Below are positions 25,873 to 38,657 of a stretch of DNA of 64,000 nt, one piece after another. How positions within the stretch are numbered: position 1 is the first letter of the stretch; each line of letters begins with the position of its first letter. Position numbers and translations under genes: made by a program. Origin of the DNA: Lama glama (lineage: Eukaryota); NCBI GenBank assembly GCA_028534125.1, contig CM052816.1:5644001-5708000 (forward strand). The letters are read 5' to 3'. The notes under the pieces were generated by a model that searched no databases, was not told where the DNA came from, and was given only the letters and a program-made list of their open reading frames with translations.

Positions 25873-26342
25873 ATTTTTTTTAATTGAAGTATAGTTGGTT
25901 TCCAATGTTGTGTTAATTTTTGGTGTTCAGCATTGTGATTCAGTTATACATATATATATATATATATATTCCTTTATATATTCTTTTTCATTATAGACTA
26001 TTAGGAGATATTGAATATTGTTCCCTATGCTATAAGTAGGACATTGTTGTTTATCTATTTTTTATATAGTATAGTGAGTATCTGTAAATCCTGAACTCCC
26101 AATGTATCCCCATACTCCTCTCTTTGTCCCCTGGTGACCACAAGTTTGTTTTCTATGTCTGTGAGTCTGTTTCTGTTTTTTAAATAAGTTCATTTGTGTC
26201 ATTTTTAAAGATTCCACATATAAGTGATAATCATATGGTACTTGTCTTTCTCTTTCTGGCTTACTTCACTTATCCTTAGTATGACGATCTCCAGGTCTAT
26301 CCATATTGCTGCAAATGGCATTATTTTATTCTTCTGTATACT
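25873..26342 (-). mobile_element. 5'-truncated L1 with TSD ttgactt
   Basis: L1 3'UTR antisense with (TA)n; direct repeats at 25866-25872 and 26343-26349. Confidence 0.85.
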
Positions 26343-26355
26343 TTGACTTCTAAAG

Positions 26356-26497
26356 ATCTCATCTCAGAATAATGAGGAGGGTGGTGATGAAGATTATTAA
26401 TAAACACAATGTACTTATGGGGGAAAAAGAAATGAAAACATTGGGGCTCTCAAGAGGCTTGCTTTGGCCCTTTTGAACGGGGCAGGACTCACTCATG
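26356..26497 (+). pseudogene. CLASP-like pseudo-exon ISSQNNEEGGDEDY**TQCTYGGKRNENIGALKRLALALLNGAGLTH
   Basis: CATG|gtaaga donor; acceptor tract interrupted by an L1; resembles LSNHNE...RKGALLEL; phase-1 end fits 39678. Confidence 0.4.
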
Positions 26498-26567
26498 GTA
26501 AGATCACTGGCGAGTCTCCGTCTCTCTCTGGCTTCCCTATCTATGAAGGGAGGGTATTGGACTAGGT

Positions 26568-26758
26568 CTGTGGTTCTCACACTCTGGTCTCTGGACCAGA
26601 AGCACCAGCATCACTGGGAAATTGCTAGACATGTAAATTCTCAGACGCCATCCCGAACCCACTGAATCTGAAACTCTGAGGTGGGCACCCTGGTGATCTG
26701 TTTTAACGAGCCCTCCACACTAGTCTGATGCACTCTCAATTCTGAAAACCACTGGACT
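26568..26758. mobile_element. MER5A-like hAT element
   Basis: gtggttctca...ccagcatcactgggaaattgctaga...tgaaaaccactgg. Confidence 0.8.
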
Positions 26759-29741
26759 GGTAGTCCCTTTGGTCTCCGCTCTGACTGCCTCTGCTTGTAA
26801 GCCCCGTCCATGACAGTGGTCTGCTGTGGGATTCTTGGAGAGAGGGCTGAGAGGTGGGGAAAGAGTCTTTGCTGTGCTCTCTTCTCTCCCTTCTGAAGGT
26901 TTTGACGCCTCCTTTGCCTCCCTCCTTTCTCTCAGTGTCCTCTGATGACAGGAGCTTATGAAGATGGGGGATTTTCCACAGGCCTGTTTCAGAGGTCCTG
27001 GGGAGGAGTTTTAATTGCCAGATTTCACACTGAGGGTGTTAACATTTATTAAAGTCAGCTTCTCTGATTACCTTTTAACAAGGCGGTGACTGTGCATAGG
27101 AGATAACGCTGGCCAAAGCCTGGTGGGGCCTCAGAGGAGGCTTAAAATAATCAGGCCCAGGGAAAATAGGAAAGCAGCCTGGTGTAGCGGTGACACAGCA
27201 TCGGCGCTCCGCCAGGCTGGAGGTGGGGAGGGGGGTCTGGGCTGCCGTGGACAAGGTGGGCATGGGAAGGCGGGATTGGGGGTGGGAGGAAGGGAGAGCC
27301 TGGGGATGGTCTGTCCTGGGAACAGAACTGTTCCAGTGCTGGGGTCCAGGGATCCAAGGCTCTGAATACAGGCTCCAGCTTCTTTTGGTAGAAGATCAGA
27401 ATCTTGCACTTTGATAATTTCAGAGGGGTTAGGGATGGGAGCAGATGAACTCTGCTGTTGGGTAGCAGAGAGTGGAAAATGCACCCAAGACCCTGCATCT
27501 GATCTCGATTTGCTGCAACTGCCTGGTCCTTTGCTCCAGACCCTTCCTCTCAGGGCTCCCGTTGGGCTGTATGTCCCAGGGGATTCAGACCGTGTTCTCC
27601 TGATTCTAAGGGCCCAGACTCCCAGTCACCTCCCAGTCGAAGACTCATAAAGCTGAAGGGTTCTGGTGTCTCTGGGGGCGATGAGCTGAACCATCTCTGT
27701 TCCTTTCTCCCCTCCACTGGGAATGGCTCTGATTTCATCTAGTTTATGCCACGGAGGTTTGAGAAGACAATCTTGCAGAGTGAAAAGAAAAACAACACTG
27801 TTGCAGCCCTGAGCTCAGTGTCTGCTATTGTCTGAGCAGAACTCATGCTCTATCCCGGCCCCCACCTGCTCCTTCTCAGTGTTCCAGTCTTGGTGAAAGG
27901 TGGGCCCCGCCCAACAGGCCCCCTTCTCTCTCTGCCCTGTTCCAGCGTCCCGTCTATCATTACATACTGCTGATTCTCCTCCCTAGAGGCTCTAGAATCT
28001 GTCTCCTTGTTTCCTCCAACCATTATTGCCCTACCTTAGGTTTGGACTCGCAATGGAGGCTCCGAGGTGGTGCTTCTGTTTCCAGTCTTGTCCCCTCAAA
28101 TCCTTCCTCTGACCAGGAGGGATCTTGTCACATGTCATTCTGAGGTTCTTCCCTTCAGTGCCTCCCTTTTGCCCACTAGGTCCGTGCTTCTGTGGTTCAG
28201 AGGTCTGGGCCTTTCCATGAGCCATGCCCGTCACAGCTTGACCTTTTGCCGCTCACCCTCTCTGCTCAGCCAAACCAAACGCCTTCTGGTTCCCTCAGTA
28301 CCTTTTAAGAGTCAGCTCAGGGGTCACTTCTTCTCTGGCACCTCCCCTGACATCCTGGGCAGAGTATAATTCTCTCACCTGCCTGTGCCTGTAGTAAACC
28401 TCATATCCTTTAAGATTATAATTGTTTGCATAACTGTTCTCCGTATAAGCCTCTGCATTCCTCAAGGCTACAGAGAGCATAGATGATTCAACTTTGTACA
28501 CATGACAATAGCAGGTACTTCATCAGGACGCTTGAATTAAATTCTGCAAGGATGCTCAAAAAATCCCTTTCATCCCCTCTCCACTGCTGTTTTCAAAGTG
28601 CGCTGGCATTTGCCTGTAGATTGGTGGTCAGAGTATCACTGAGGCTGCCATGTTGCTGAAATGTGATGAGCCACTAGCGGGCACTGAAGGGCTGAGTTAT
28701 TGTGTGACTCTTCTCCTTAATTGCTGTGTGACCTTGGGTTGGTCACTTGGCTTCTCTGGTTTAGTTACTCTGCTGGTACATTTGACCGCTTGATGTCTTT
28801 TACTCAGAAGGATGGAGACCTAGTGGCAATTTCTATCTTCACACATCTCATTACCAATAATATTTATCAAATTTGTCAAATGTCAGGCACAGTGCAAAGG
28901 CTAAGCTTGTTATCTGTCTTGTCTTAGCTAATTCTTCAAATAGCCCAGTAAAGTGGGTATCATTGTCCTCATTTCCTGGGGGCTCAGACACATCTAAGGT
29001 AGGTGAGGACATACTGGTTGAGCCAGATTCAACCCCTTTAGGGGTTTGATGAAGAGGAAGATGATGTAACTTCAAGGAAAACATGTTCAAGGGAGAGTTG
29101 ACCATCCACACTCACTACCACGGGCCTTCAGGCCTGGCTCACCTCTGACCTCACCTCATGCACTCTGCCCTTCTGCTGTGCTCTGGCCACATGCAGCCTC
29201 TTGCTGTTCCATGCACATGCCAAGATTGTTGCTGCCTCGGGGACTTTGCAGTTGCTGTTCCCTCTGTATGAATGCTTTTCCATTTGCTCTTTATGGCCTC
29301 ATCCCTCATGACCCAGCTCAACTATCACCTCAAAAAGAACTTTCCTGACTCCTCATCTAAAATATTTCCCTCCCTCCCCAAGCCCCATCCCGACCCATTA
29401 TTTTGTTAGTTGCTTTTGTTGCACTCTGTGCACTTTGTGCTTATTTTCTTCTTTTCTTTCTTTCTATTTTTTTAATGTCTTGGAATCCCCTAATGCCTCA
29501 AGTGTAGGAAACCTGAGGGCTGGGGCTTTGTATGTTTTCTGCATGCAGTATCCTCAGCCAGCACCTGGCATATGATGATGAGAGCAAAAATGAGTAACGT
29601 AATGACTGAAGGGTGGCCAGCCCTCACCTGACTTGCTTCATTCCTGCCTTAGTGATGCACTCATCGAATAACTTTGGTCAGTTTCTTGGACCTTTTTGGG
29701 TCTCAGTTTTCCCATCTTTAGCATGAGGGCTTTGGAAGAGA

Positions 29742-29915
29742 ACAGAGGTCAGCAGATGCTCTTAAAGGACCAGAGTGTAAATATTTTAGGCTTTGCAGGC
29801 CACATGGTCTCTGTTGCAACTGCTCAACTCTGCTGTTCTCGTGTGAAGCAGCTGTAGGCAGCACAGACTGAAGGGCATGGCTGCATTCTAATAAAACTTT
29901 ATTTACAAAACCAGA
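29742..29915. mobile_element. MER58A-like hAT element
   Basis: gtaaatattttaggctttgcaggccacatggtctctgttgcaactgctcaactctgc. Confidence 0.8.
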
Positions 29916-30974
29916 AGGTCAATCTGTGGGTCATAATTTTTTGACATCTGGACTAGAAGGCCCCTTGAGACCTTTATAGCTTGGATATTTTAAATCCCTT
30001 ATTACCTGTCTTCTAAGGAGTCTTGTTTGGCTTGGCTCCTTGGCCTTAATGTTGAAAATCCTAGTTCTGGTAGCATGTATGTTTGAGACCCTCAAAGAGA
30101 CACTGATGTGGAAAGGAATAATAGACCCATGACGGCTGCATGGCATGCCAACAGGTCACAAACAATGTTTGAAGGCTTTTCTGACATGGTTCTAAACACA
30201 TCTCTAAAAATACAGAAGATTAAGGAATTTGGTGACCACCTTTTAAAAGTTTCCGGGGGGTGCGTTTCTCAAGCTCTCCTCCTCTGTTCACTGAAGGCTT
30301 AGTCTCCTCAACCCTTACTAAATCCCTGGGTGTGTGACACCCCATCTCCCCTTCATTGCATTGTCTTTCCTACCCACAAATGTGTCTGCTTTCTCCACCG
30401 CATTGAAATCTCCTTGACAACAGAGAAGTTTATTTCTTCCCTTTCCCCACATGACATCTAATATTGTTCTGGGCACATAGAAGTGCTAAATAAACATTCA
30501 ATTTACATTCTAGGACCCCCTGCCCTCTCTTCCCATTATGCATTGTTCCAGAGGCTTATGCTTGTGTGAGGATGGCTTTCGATGGCTTTTCTTTTTGTTG
30601 GATTCGATTTTCTGTGTTGTCTGGGATCTGGGTTACCAGATACATATCAGTGTCATTTATAGTCAGGCCATGTGACTGTGATGGTCAGACGGATATCATC
30701 TGATACTGCGGGAGTCAGGGAGGCAGTCAATTGCGTGGGAGGGGATTTGAGCGCTGGATGGGGAATAAAAACATCCTAGATTTAAGATACAGCTCTGCTG
30801 CTAACTCGCCGAGGAAATGTAAGCAAGCCACTTTATTTCAGTGAGTGAAAGCCTTCGTTTCTTTATCTAAATGGGGAGGGTGAAACTCTGAGGGTTTTTA
30901 TGAAGATGAAGTGAAATGATTTATGAGGATCAGTAAAGAGTGAAGGACCATACTAACATAAAAATTATTAGTCA

Positions 30975-31610
30975 CAGGTCTTCATCATCTCTCAGCTTCT
31001 AACTGGCCTCCCTCTTTCCACCCTTGCCCACTGAGTCTGCTGTCCAAGTGGCATCTAGAGTTATCTGTAAATGTGAGTTGGAGCTTAAGTCTTGTCACTC
31101 CTCTGCTAAATCCCCAATGACTCTCATCACATGCAAAGCACAAGTCCTAAACGTGGCTGAGAAAGCCCCACCTTCCCTGGCTCTGTGGCCTCTGACCTCA
31201 CCTCCTACTACCCTCCACTTTAGCCACAGTCTTCTTATTCTTACCTCAGGACCTTTGCACTTGGCTCCTCTCCATACCTGATACGTCCTTTCCCTAGACA
31301 TCAACATGGCTTGCTGCATCACTGGCTTCAGGATTTTACTGAAAGTTCACCTTCATTCTCAGTGAGGCCTTCCCCAGCCATTCTTTTAAAAATTCCACCC
31401 CATCCTCCTTGCCTGCTTTGATTTTTTCTCCGCAGCACTTACCACAAGCTAACATAATATTTACGTTACTTGTTTTGTTTTTCTCTGTTCCTGAGTAGAT
31501 GCTTCATGAGGGCAGGGATTTTTATTTATTTCTGCAATGCTATATTTCCAGCATAAAGCACAGTGCTTGATACCTAATGGGTGCTTAATAAATATTTGTC
31601 GAGTGAATAA
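30975..31610 (-). mobile_element. L2 3' region
   Basis: ctaactggcctccct...cttcatgagggcaggga...gtgcttaataaatatttgtcgagtgaat. Confidence 0.8.
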
Positions 31611-34600
31611 CAGAGGTTATGATCTCATTAGCTCAAAGAGGCTGCCTGCTAAGGCACACAGGCACTGCATAGCATTGGTTGGCTGATAAAGTTCACCCAT
31701 TCCTTATAGCCTGGTTCAATTAATGCTAACCTTTTCCCCCTGGGATCTTTGGAAACAATATATTAACATGATTAAGAGGGTGGGCTTGGCAATCAGCCAA
31801 GGTCAACTCTGCGTTTACTTCTTACTACCTGTGTGAGTTTCAGCAAATAATCACCCTCTCTGAACCTAAGTTTCTGAACTGTGAAATGATAATTTCTGTT
31901 AAGTAAGGTTGTTGTGAGGATTAAATGGGGATTATTTGTGAAAAGCATTTAGACACATCCTTAGGTCATAGTAAGTTGTTGGCTAATGGTAGCTATTTTT
32001 GTGTCAGTAATGGTATCATAATGTCAGCCTCTTCTATGAGTGCATGGGAACAAGTGTCATTTTAACAGCTGCTCTTTGTGTGAATTGGCTCTGAGTTGTT
32101 CCAAACATGTCTTTTGCTTTTCAATTTTATATCTTTTTCCTGCTATTTTGAAAGGCATGTTGTTTCCTCTTTTCCTACTTCTGTCCGCTCTCCTCCTCTT
32201 TCCTCGACTCCAGAAAACCTGAATTTTCCTACCTTCTATGCCACTTGCTGGCTCTGAGTCTTGACTCTGGTTACTTTCCCACCAAAAGCCTCGGTCCCCT
32301 CATTGGTGCAGTGGGGCTAAGAAACCTTGTTCTGCCAAACGTGCTGAGATCCTGAGAGGACACAGGGAGAAGGTGGATGTGAACAGTGAAGCATAGCGAG
32401 TCCTACAAACACCAGGGCTGCTCCTCATTTTTATGGCTGCCTCCCAGCAGTGGGAGTTGTGAACGCCCAGCCAAGCCGCCCTGTCCTCGCCCGTCCTGGG
32501 GAATTAGACACAGCACGCACACAAAGGGAACAGCGTGCTCTTTTGTCTCTGATTCTGTGGGTTTATGACAGATGCCTCCCTGAAGCCAAGATTGAGTTTA
32601 TCTTTGGAGAACCATTTAGAAAAAAGTTGTATTGGAGATGACTTTCAGTGCAGCACAATAATTTAATTTTAATTATTGATGTGACTTGAACCTGGCATTT
32701 TGGATCTGTTTAGGCCTCTTGAAAGCTTGATGATTTTTCAACATTCTGAGGCCTCTAATTAACTATCTAGCCAGAGGTTTTCCGCATCAAGTAAACATAC
32801 TGTAATTCCATTATTAGAGTTCTCTAGAGAAATCAACTGTATCCTTGGTGCTGAATGGGAAAATTCATCAGCCCGGGGAGAGTGATGGTGAAATGCAGGC
32901 CCAGAGATGCATTCTGAGATGACAGCTAGGGGCAGGTAGTCAGACTGGTCCCCTTTCTCCTGGTTCCGTTTGTCTGTAAGGCCCTGCAGAGTTAAGGACT
33001 TCAGCCCTCTGTTCCACTAGATTTAGCACATTAGGATAGGAAATAAACTCTCTTGGAAATTGGCTAGTTCATGTGCTAAAGGTAGTGCTTGCCTGAAGCA
33101 AGTTGTTAAGGATTTTGAGTCCATATTGCTTAATTTAGCAATTCATTTTGTACTTACCATGCACCAGGCATTTTCCTAAGCCCCTGCATTTGGGTTAAGT
33201 CACTTAATTCTAGCAACAGTATGATGAGGCAGGTACCACGAATAATCCCTTCCCTATGGATGAGAAAACTCAACTAACATGCTTCCAGTCACACAGCTTA
33301 TAAGAGGTGGAGCTGGGATTCAAACTCAGGAAGTTGTGTTCCATTAAGCTCTAGTAGTGTGAAGTGCTTGGCTTGAGGCTGACACAGGGTGAGAACTGGG
33401 TGACTCTGGTTTGGACAGATGATGCTCTTATTGTCACTTGAGGTTGCCATAGATAAGTATGCATTTCCTAGCACCAGATATTTTTAAGCAGAACATTCCC
33501 CTTTTTCCTGGCTATGTATGCTCATCCTTTAGATACAGCTTAAATTTCATTCAAGAGAGGCTTTGCCTGGTCCATTCCAGACATCCTGGTCCAAAAGAGG
33601 TGCCCTTGCTATGAGCTCTCATGACATCCTTTGCTCTTTCTTTTTACATTTGCCTCAATGTGTAGTATTTAATATGTATCTGTGTGATCATTTGTGAACT
33701 CCTGTCTCCTCTCCTGTCTGTGAATTTGATGCTGTGTTCCCAGAGCTTGGAAGACAGCCAGCACTCAGTTGTTAGATGAAGGGCTTGGTTGGTTATTTAA
33801 CCACGGTACCCAATAGTAGTGTTTTTCAAACTGTGGGTCATGACCCCTTCGTGAGCCTTGAAATTCATTTTGTGGCTTTTGACAGCATTTAAAAGCATGA
33901 AAAAGAAGAGCAAGTGTTGGAATACTTCACACGTGGAAACGATACATATTCTTTTGTGAGGCTTTCACTATATAATGTGTGTACACTGGGTTGGATGTAA
34001 ATGTATTTCTGTGTATTACAGCCAAAGATTTTTGAAAGCCCTAGTCGGAAGTGTATTCCCCCACCAGATGAGGAGTGGGATCAGGTGGCCTCTGAGGTCT
34101 CTTGTTGCTGATTCTCGGGGATCTACAAGCCAGGCAAGAGGTGTCAGAGCCCAGGGCTTACTCCTCTCCATCCAATGCATTATATTTTTCAAGGCTGTTT
34201 GGTTATGGCTGGATGATTTGGAGGTGATCTCTCTCTCGTTCAATTAAGCTCATGCTTGCTTTTCAGCCTGCTAAATGAAGCCTTTGATCACAATGGAGAA
34301 TTCAGTGTTTTTCACTGGTATTACAGCTCTAAATTTGCCCATTTCCAACAGCCGCTGATTCTAATTGAAATGAAAGGGCTGTGGGGTTTCTTTCTTTGGG
34401 GTTTAATTGTGTTTTTCTCCTTATGTATTGCCAACTGCTGGTCTCTATTTAAGAGGAAAAGGGGGTAGGATTGGAGAACAATGTGACAGAGCTTTTCTGG
34501 GCTAAAGTGGGTGGTAGGTTACAGTGTTTAAGACCTACTATCTCCATGACAAAGGATTGAACAACCCCCCCCCCCCATTTTCTTTTCTTTCTTTAAAATC

Positions 34601-34914
34601 TATGTGCCTTAGTGGTAGCTTAAGAATACTCCTGGGTTCACTTAGGCATCTTCTTTGCTTTTGTCTGTACAACCTTGCTACACAAAGTGTGGTTAGTGAA
34701 CCAGTCAGCATTACCTTAGAACATGGCAGAAATACAAAACTGTTCCATTTGGATCTGCGCTTTTACAAGTTCCATAGGTGATTCCTGAACACATTTCAGT
34801 TTGAGAAGTGTGGTGCTGCAGGACCCAATATGTGGTTGGCATGAGTGAATCAGTGATTGAACTTGTTGAGAACTTGTTGGGTGAAACATGGGAATTTTTC
34901 TGCAATCAGAAAGT

Positions 34915-35737
34915 TAGGTTGGTGTGTTCATCAGGGTCTCCAGAGAAACAGAACCAATAGGAGGTGTATTTTTATCTGTCTGTCTGTACATGTACACAGG
35001 TACACAAACATAGACAAAGAGATTTATTTTTGAGAATTAGCTCATACGATTGTGGAGACTTGGCAAGTCCAAATCTGATGGGGGGAACCGCAAGTGGAGA
35101 CTCAGGAAAGAGTTGCTGTTCGAATCTAAAAGCAGCCTCCTGGTGAACCAGGAAGGCCCTGTGTTACAGATTGTCTTAGTCAGTTTGGTCTGCAACAACA
35201 GAATACCATAGTGGCTTATAAATAACACAAATTTATTTCTCACAGTTATGGAGGCTGGGAGTCCAAGTCAAGATTCTAGCATAGTCAAGTTCTGCTGAGG
35301 GCCCCTTTGTGGTTTGCCAACTGCTGACCTCTGTTGTGTCCTCAGGTAGTTGAGAGAGGAAGCAGGAGTTCTCATGACTCCTACAAGGGCACTAATCCCT
35401 TTCCTGAGGACTCCACCCTCTTGATCTCATCTAATCCTAATTACCTCCCAAGGGCCCTACCTTCTCATACAATCACATTGTGGGTAGGGTTTCTATAACA
35501 CAGATGAAGTCCAAAGGTCATCTACTGGAAGAATTCCTTTTGCTGGGGGTTGATCAGCCTTTTATTTGGGCCTTCAGCTTACTCCACCCACATGAAGGAA
35601 GTCCATCTGCTTTACACAAAACTCACCAATTTAAATGTAAATCTCATCCACAAACGTACTCATGGAAATATCCAGAATCATGTTTGAACAGATACTGGCA
35701 CTGTGGCCCCAACACGTTGATACATAAAGTTAACCAT
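34915..35737. mobile_element. MLT2-like ERVL LTR interrupted by an MLT1A-like LTR (35172-35500)
   Basis: cagggtctccagagaaacagaaccaatagga...gttgatacataaagttaaccat; inner element flanked by a 5-bp cagat duplication. Confidence 0.8.
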
Positions 35738-35789
35738 TGCAGTTGGGAAGAAATGATGGGGAAAAGACAAGAAGAGAGGTCATCCAGGA

Positions 35790-35884
35790 TCAGCAGGAGA
35801 GGTTGTTTCCAAAAATGTTGTATCCTGAAACTTGGGTTTTTCTTTTTCTTTTTTTTCCCAAAAAGCCTGATGCTGGCTTAGATC
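35790..35884 (+). repeat. ~90-bp direct duplication, second copy at 37299-37385
   Basis: tcagcaggagaggttgtttccaaaaatgttg...aaaagcctgatgctggcttagatc occurs twice. Confidence 0.95.
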
Positions 35885-37257
35885 GAAGAGCCAGGCTTCA
35901 GGAGGAGAAGCCCCAGTGGGCCCTGGGGGATGCCAGGTTGGCTCCGAGACTCAGACCACTGGCTCGGGAGGCAGACAAGGGTGCACCCGCCCCCATCCAT
36001 CACTAGCTTTGTGATCCTGGGCAAGCCTCTTAATTCCAGAGTCTCAGTTTCCTAATCTGTAAAATGGAGCCATACTAGTTCTCATTCTGAGAATTGTCAC
36101 GAGCATGAATGGAGACCACGCTCACGGAGTAGTGAGCTCAGAGCCCGGCACAGGGTGTTTAATGAACAGCAGCTGCTACAGCTGCTCTTGTTTTCTGCCA
36201 CTGTTCCTGCTGTGGCTTTGAATCCTGGTGTGTGCTCCTCTTCCCTGGCCTAGGTCTCAAAATTGCCCTTGCAGTTCACATGCCAGTGGATGCCTCTTAG
36301 AGGCCAGGTTGTTGGGTCAATATCTGGTATCCTTACAAGCAGGCGAGAGGCCCTATTTTTTACAATTGTTGCACTGCAGTGCATCATTCTGAGGCGAAGG
36401 GGGAAAGTTACCCTTAACCAGGGTTGACTCATTTTCTGGTGAAATGAATTCTCTTAAGACAAGAAGTCGTAGCATCTCTGAAGTAGTGGCCAAAATGCAG
36501 CAAATCCCTTGCACCCCGACCCCCACCCCACCCCCCAGACTGTGCTTCTGCTCTGCTCTGCCTGCCCTGCCCCACTTAGGCTCCCGCCCCATGCACTACA
36601 TTTCAGTAGCCTAGTTTCATCCAATCCTCTCAAGCAAATAGAGGGAAGTGTTTTCAATTAGCAAGATCTCATTGCTGAGGGCACTAAAATACAGCTCTTC
36701 TGGAGCAAAGAGAGTAATTGAACGTATGTTGTGTATTTTCTGGAGGAGGGAGTACCTTGCCAGGATTTTAGCGCTCCCATGCCTGCTGGCTTGGGGCCAC
36801 TCCAGCCACGAGCTTGTGAGTTAAAGAAGCCTAATCTTGTCTCCCTTCAGAGGCATAAATCCCCGCTGAGTAGCCCTGGTGGTGGCTGTGTGGCTCCTTC
36901 CGCTCAGGCGAAGGGAGTGACTTACCTGCAAAGCAGCCTGTTTCTTGGTTGGACACCTCTGGCTCTGAGAAAGTTAGAACTTTCTTTTTTATGATAAGGA
37001 CAGCTTTCAGGGTTGATCACTCTTCCTTATATTTTCCCAAACTCACCATCCCAGAAATCAGTCTTAATGTTCTTTGTTTCTGTGTTTCTACCCTTTCCTC
37101 CCCTGCCCTCTTCCCCACACAAGTATTAAAGAAATGAGTAGCAGTAATGGATCCATTCATTCCTTCACTTACTGTTTATTCAAACAACATTTATTAAGTG
37201 TCTGCATTCTGCCACGCACCCCTCAAAGCACTGGGAGTAGAATGATATGACCATTTT

Positions 37258-37427
37258 TTGTCACCTGTCTACTCTTAGAAAAAGTTCCATGTTCCTTCTC
37301 AGCAGGAGAGGTTGTTTCCAAAAATGTTGCATTCTGGAACTTGGTTTTTTTTTTTTTTCCCAAAAGCCTGATGCTGGCTTAGATCCCTTCTCACATGGAA
37401 CTTTTTCTAAGAGTAGACAGGTGACAA
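37258..37427. repeat. Perfect 35-bp inverted repeat (37258-37292 / 37393-37427) with 100-nt spacer
   Basis: ttgtcacctgtctactcttagaaaaagttccatgt and its exact reverse complement. Confidence 0.95.
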
Positions 37428-38114
37428 TAAGCCAAGATAATTATAGGGTGACAAGGACTTGGATAGAAATAAACAAGGAGAAATGGCCACGAGAACTCTG
37501 TGCATGTGTGGGAGAGAAAGGGAAAAAGAAAGAGAGTTTGGAATCAATTGGTTTTTCTTTGGATGGAGTGGTCAGGGAAGTCTTCCTGGGGGAGGTGACG
37601 TTGGTGCCTAAATCTTAAAGAGGAAGGAGTATGGGGAAAAGCAAAGAACATTCAGGTGGGAAGAAGTTGGTGTGTTGGATGGGCAGAGAGAGCCCATGGA
37701 GGCAGAGGATTACTGGGCAAGGGAGAGAAGAGTGAAAGAGCTAATGGAGGGGAAGGTAGAGCAGCTCTGAAAGGCCCCGCAAACCAAGGAAGGGAATCTG
37801 GGTTTTATTCTGGCTGCAGTAGAAAGTTATCAGGGGATTCTAATGGCGTTTGGTTGTATGATTTAAGTTTTAAAAAGAGCGCTCTGGTTATGGGTGGAGA
37901 ATGGATTGCATGGTGGAAAGGGGATGGTGAGAGGACCAGTGAGGGGCTATCACAGTACTTATATATAGCTGAAAGCATGGATTTCAGCTGTGTGTTTGGA
38001 GGCAGAAATGCTAGGAGCTAGTGATGAACTAAACTGGACATTGTGGTTAAAGGAAAGGGTGTCCTCTCTTATCCTTGGGGCCCTGAAAAATATCAGAGGG
38101 ATATCTATGCTTGG

Positions 38115-38657
38115 GTACCATAGACTGAATGCTTGTGGCCCCTCAAAATTTGTATGTTGAAATCCTAACCCTCAATGCACTGGGAGGTACTAGGAGGGGA
38201 AGTGTCTTTGGGAAGTGATTATATTATGAGGGTGGAGCCCTCTTGATTGAGATTATTAAAAGAGACTCCAGAAACAAGTTCCTACTGTGCAGCACAGAGA
38301 ACTATATTCAGTACCTTGCAATAGCCTATAATGAAAAGGAATATGAAAAGGAATATATATATGTATAACTGAATCACTTGCTGTACACCAGATATTAACA
38401 CAACATTGTAAACCCACTATACTTCAAAAAAATGAAAATAAAATACTTTAAAAAAGAGACCCCAGAGAGATCCCTTGACCCTTTTATCATGTGAGGACAT
38501 AAAAGATGGTCATCTTTGAACCAGGAAGAGGATTGTAACCAGATACCAGATCTGTTGGCATCTTAATCTCGACTTACCAGCCTCCAGAACTATGAGTAAT
38601 AAATGTCTGTTGTTGAGGGTACTCAGTCTCTGGCATTTTGTAATAGAAACAGACTGA
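38115..38657 (+). mobile_element. MLT1A-like LTR with nested L1 3' fragment (~38272-38451)
   Basis: TSD aaaagagac(t/c)ccaga on both sides of an L1 3'UTR/poly-A piece. Confidence 0.8.

Noticed and set aside
30108..30302. ORF with MFEGFSDMVLNTSL as a candidate exon
   Set aside because: Weak splice sites; 39678-39785 fits the same CLASP motif and phases much better.
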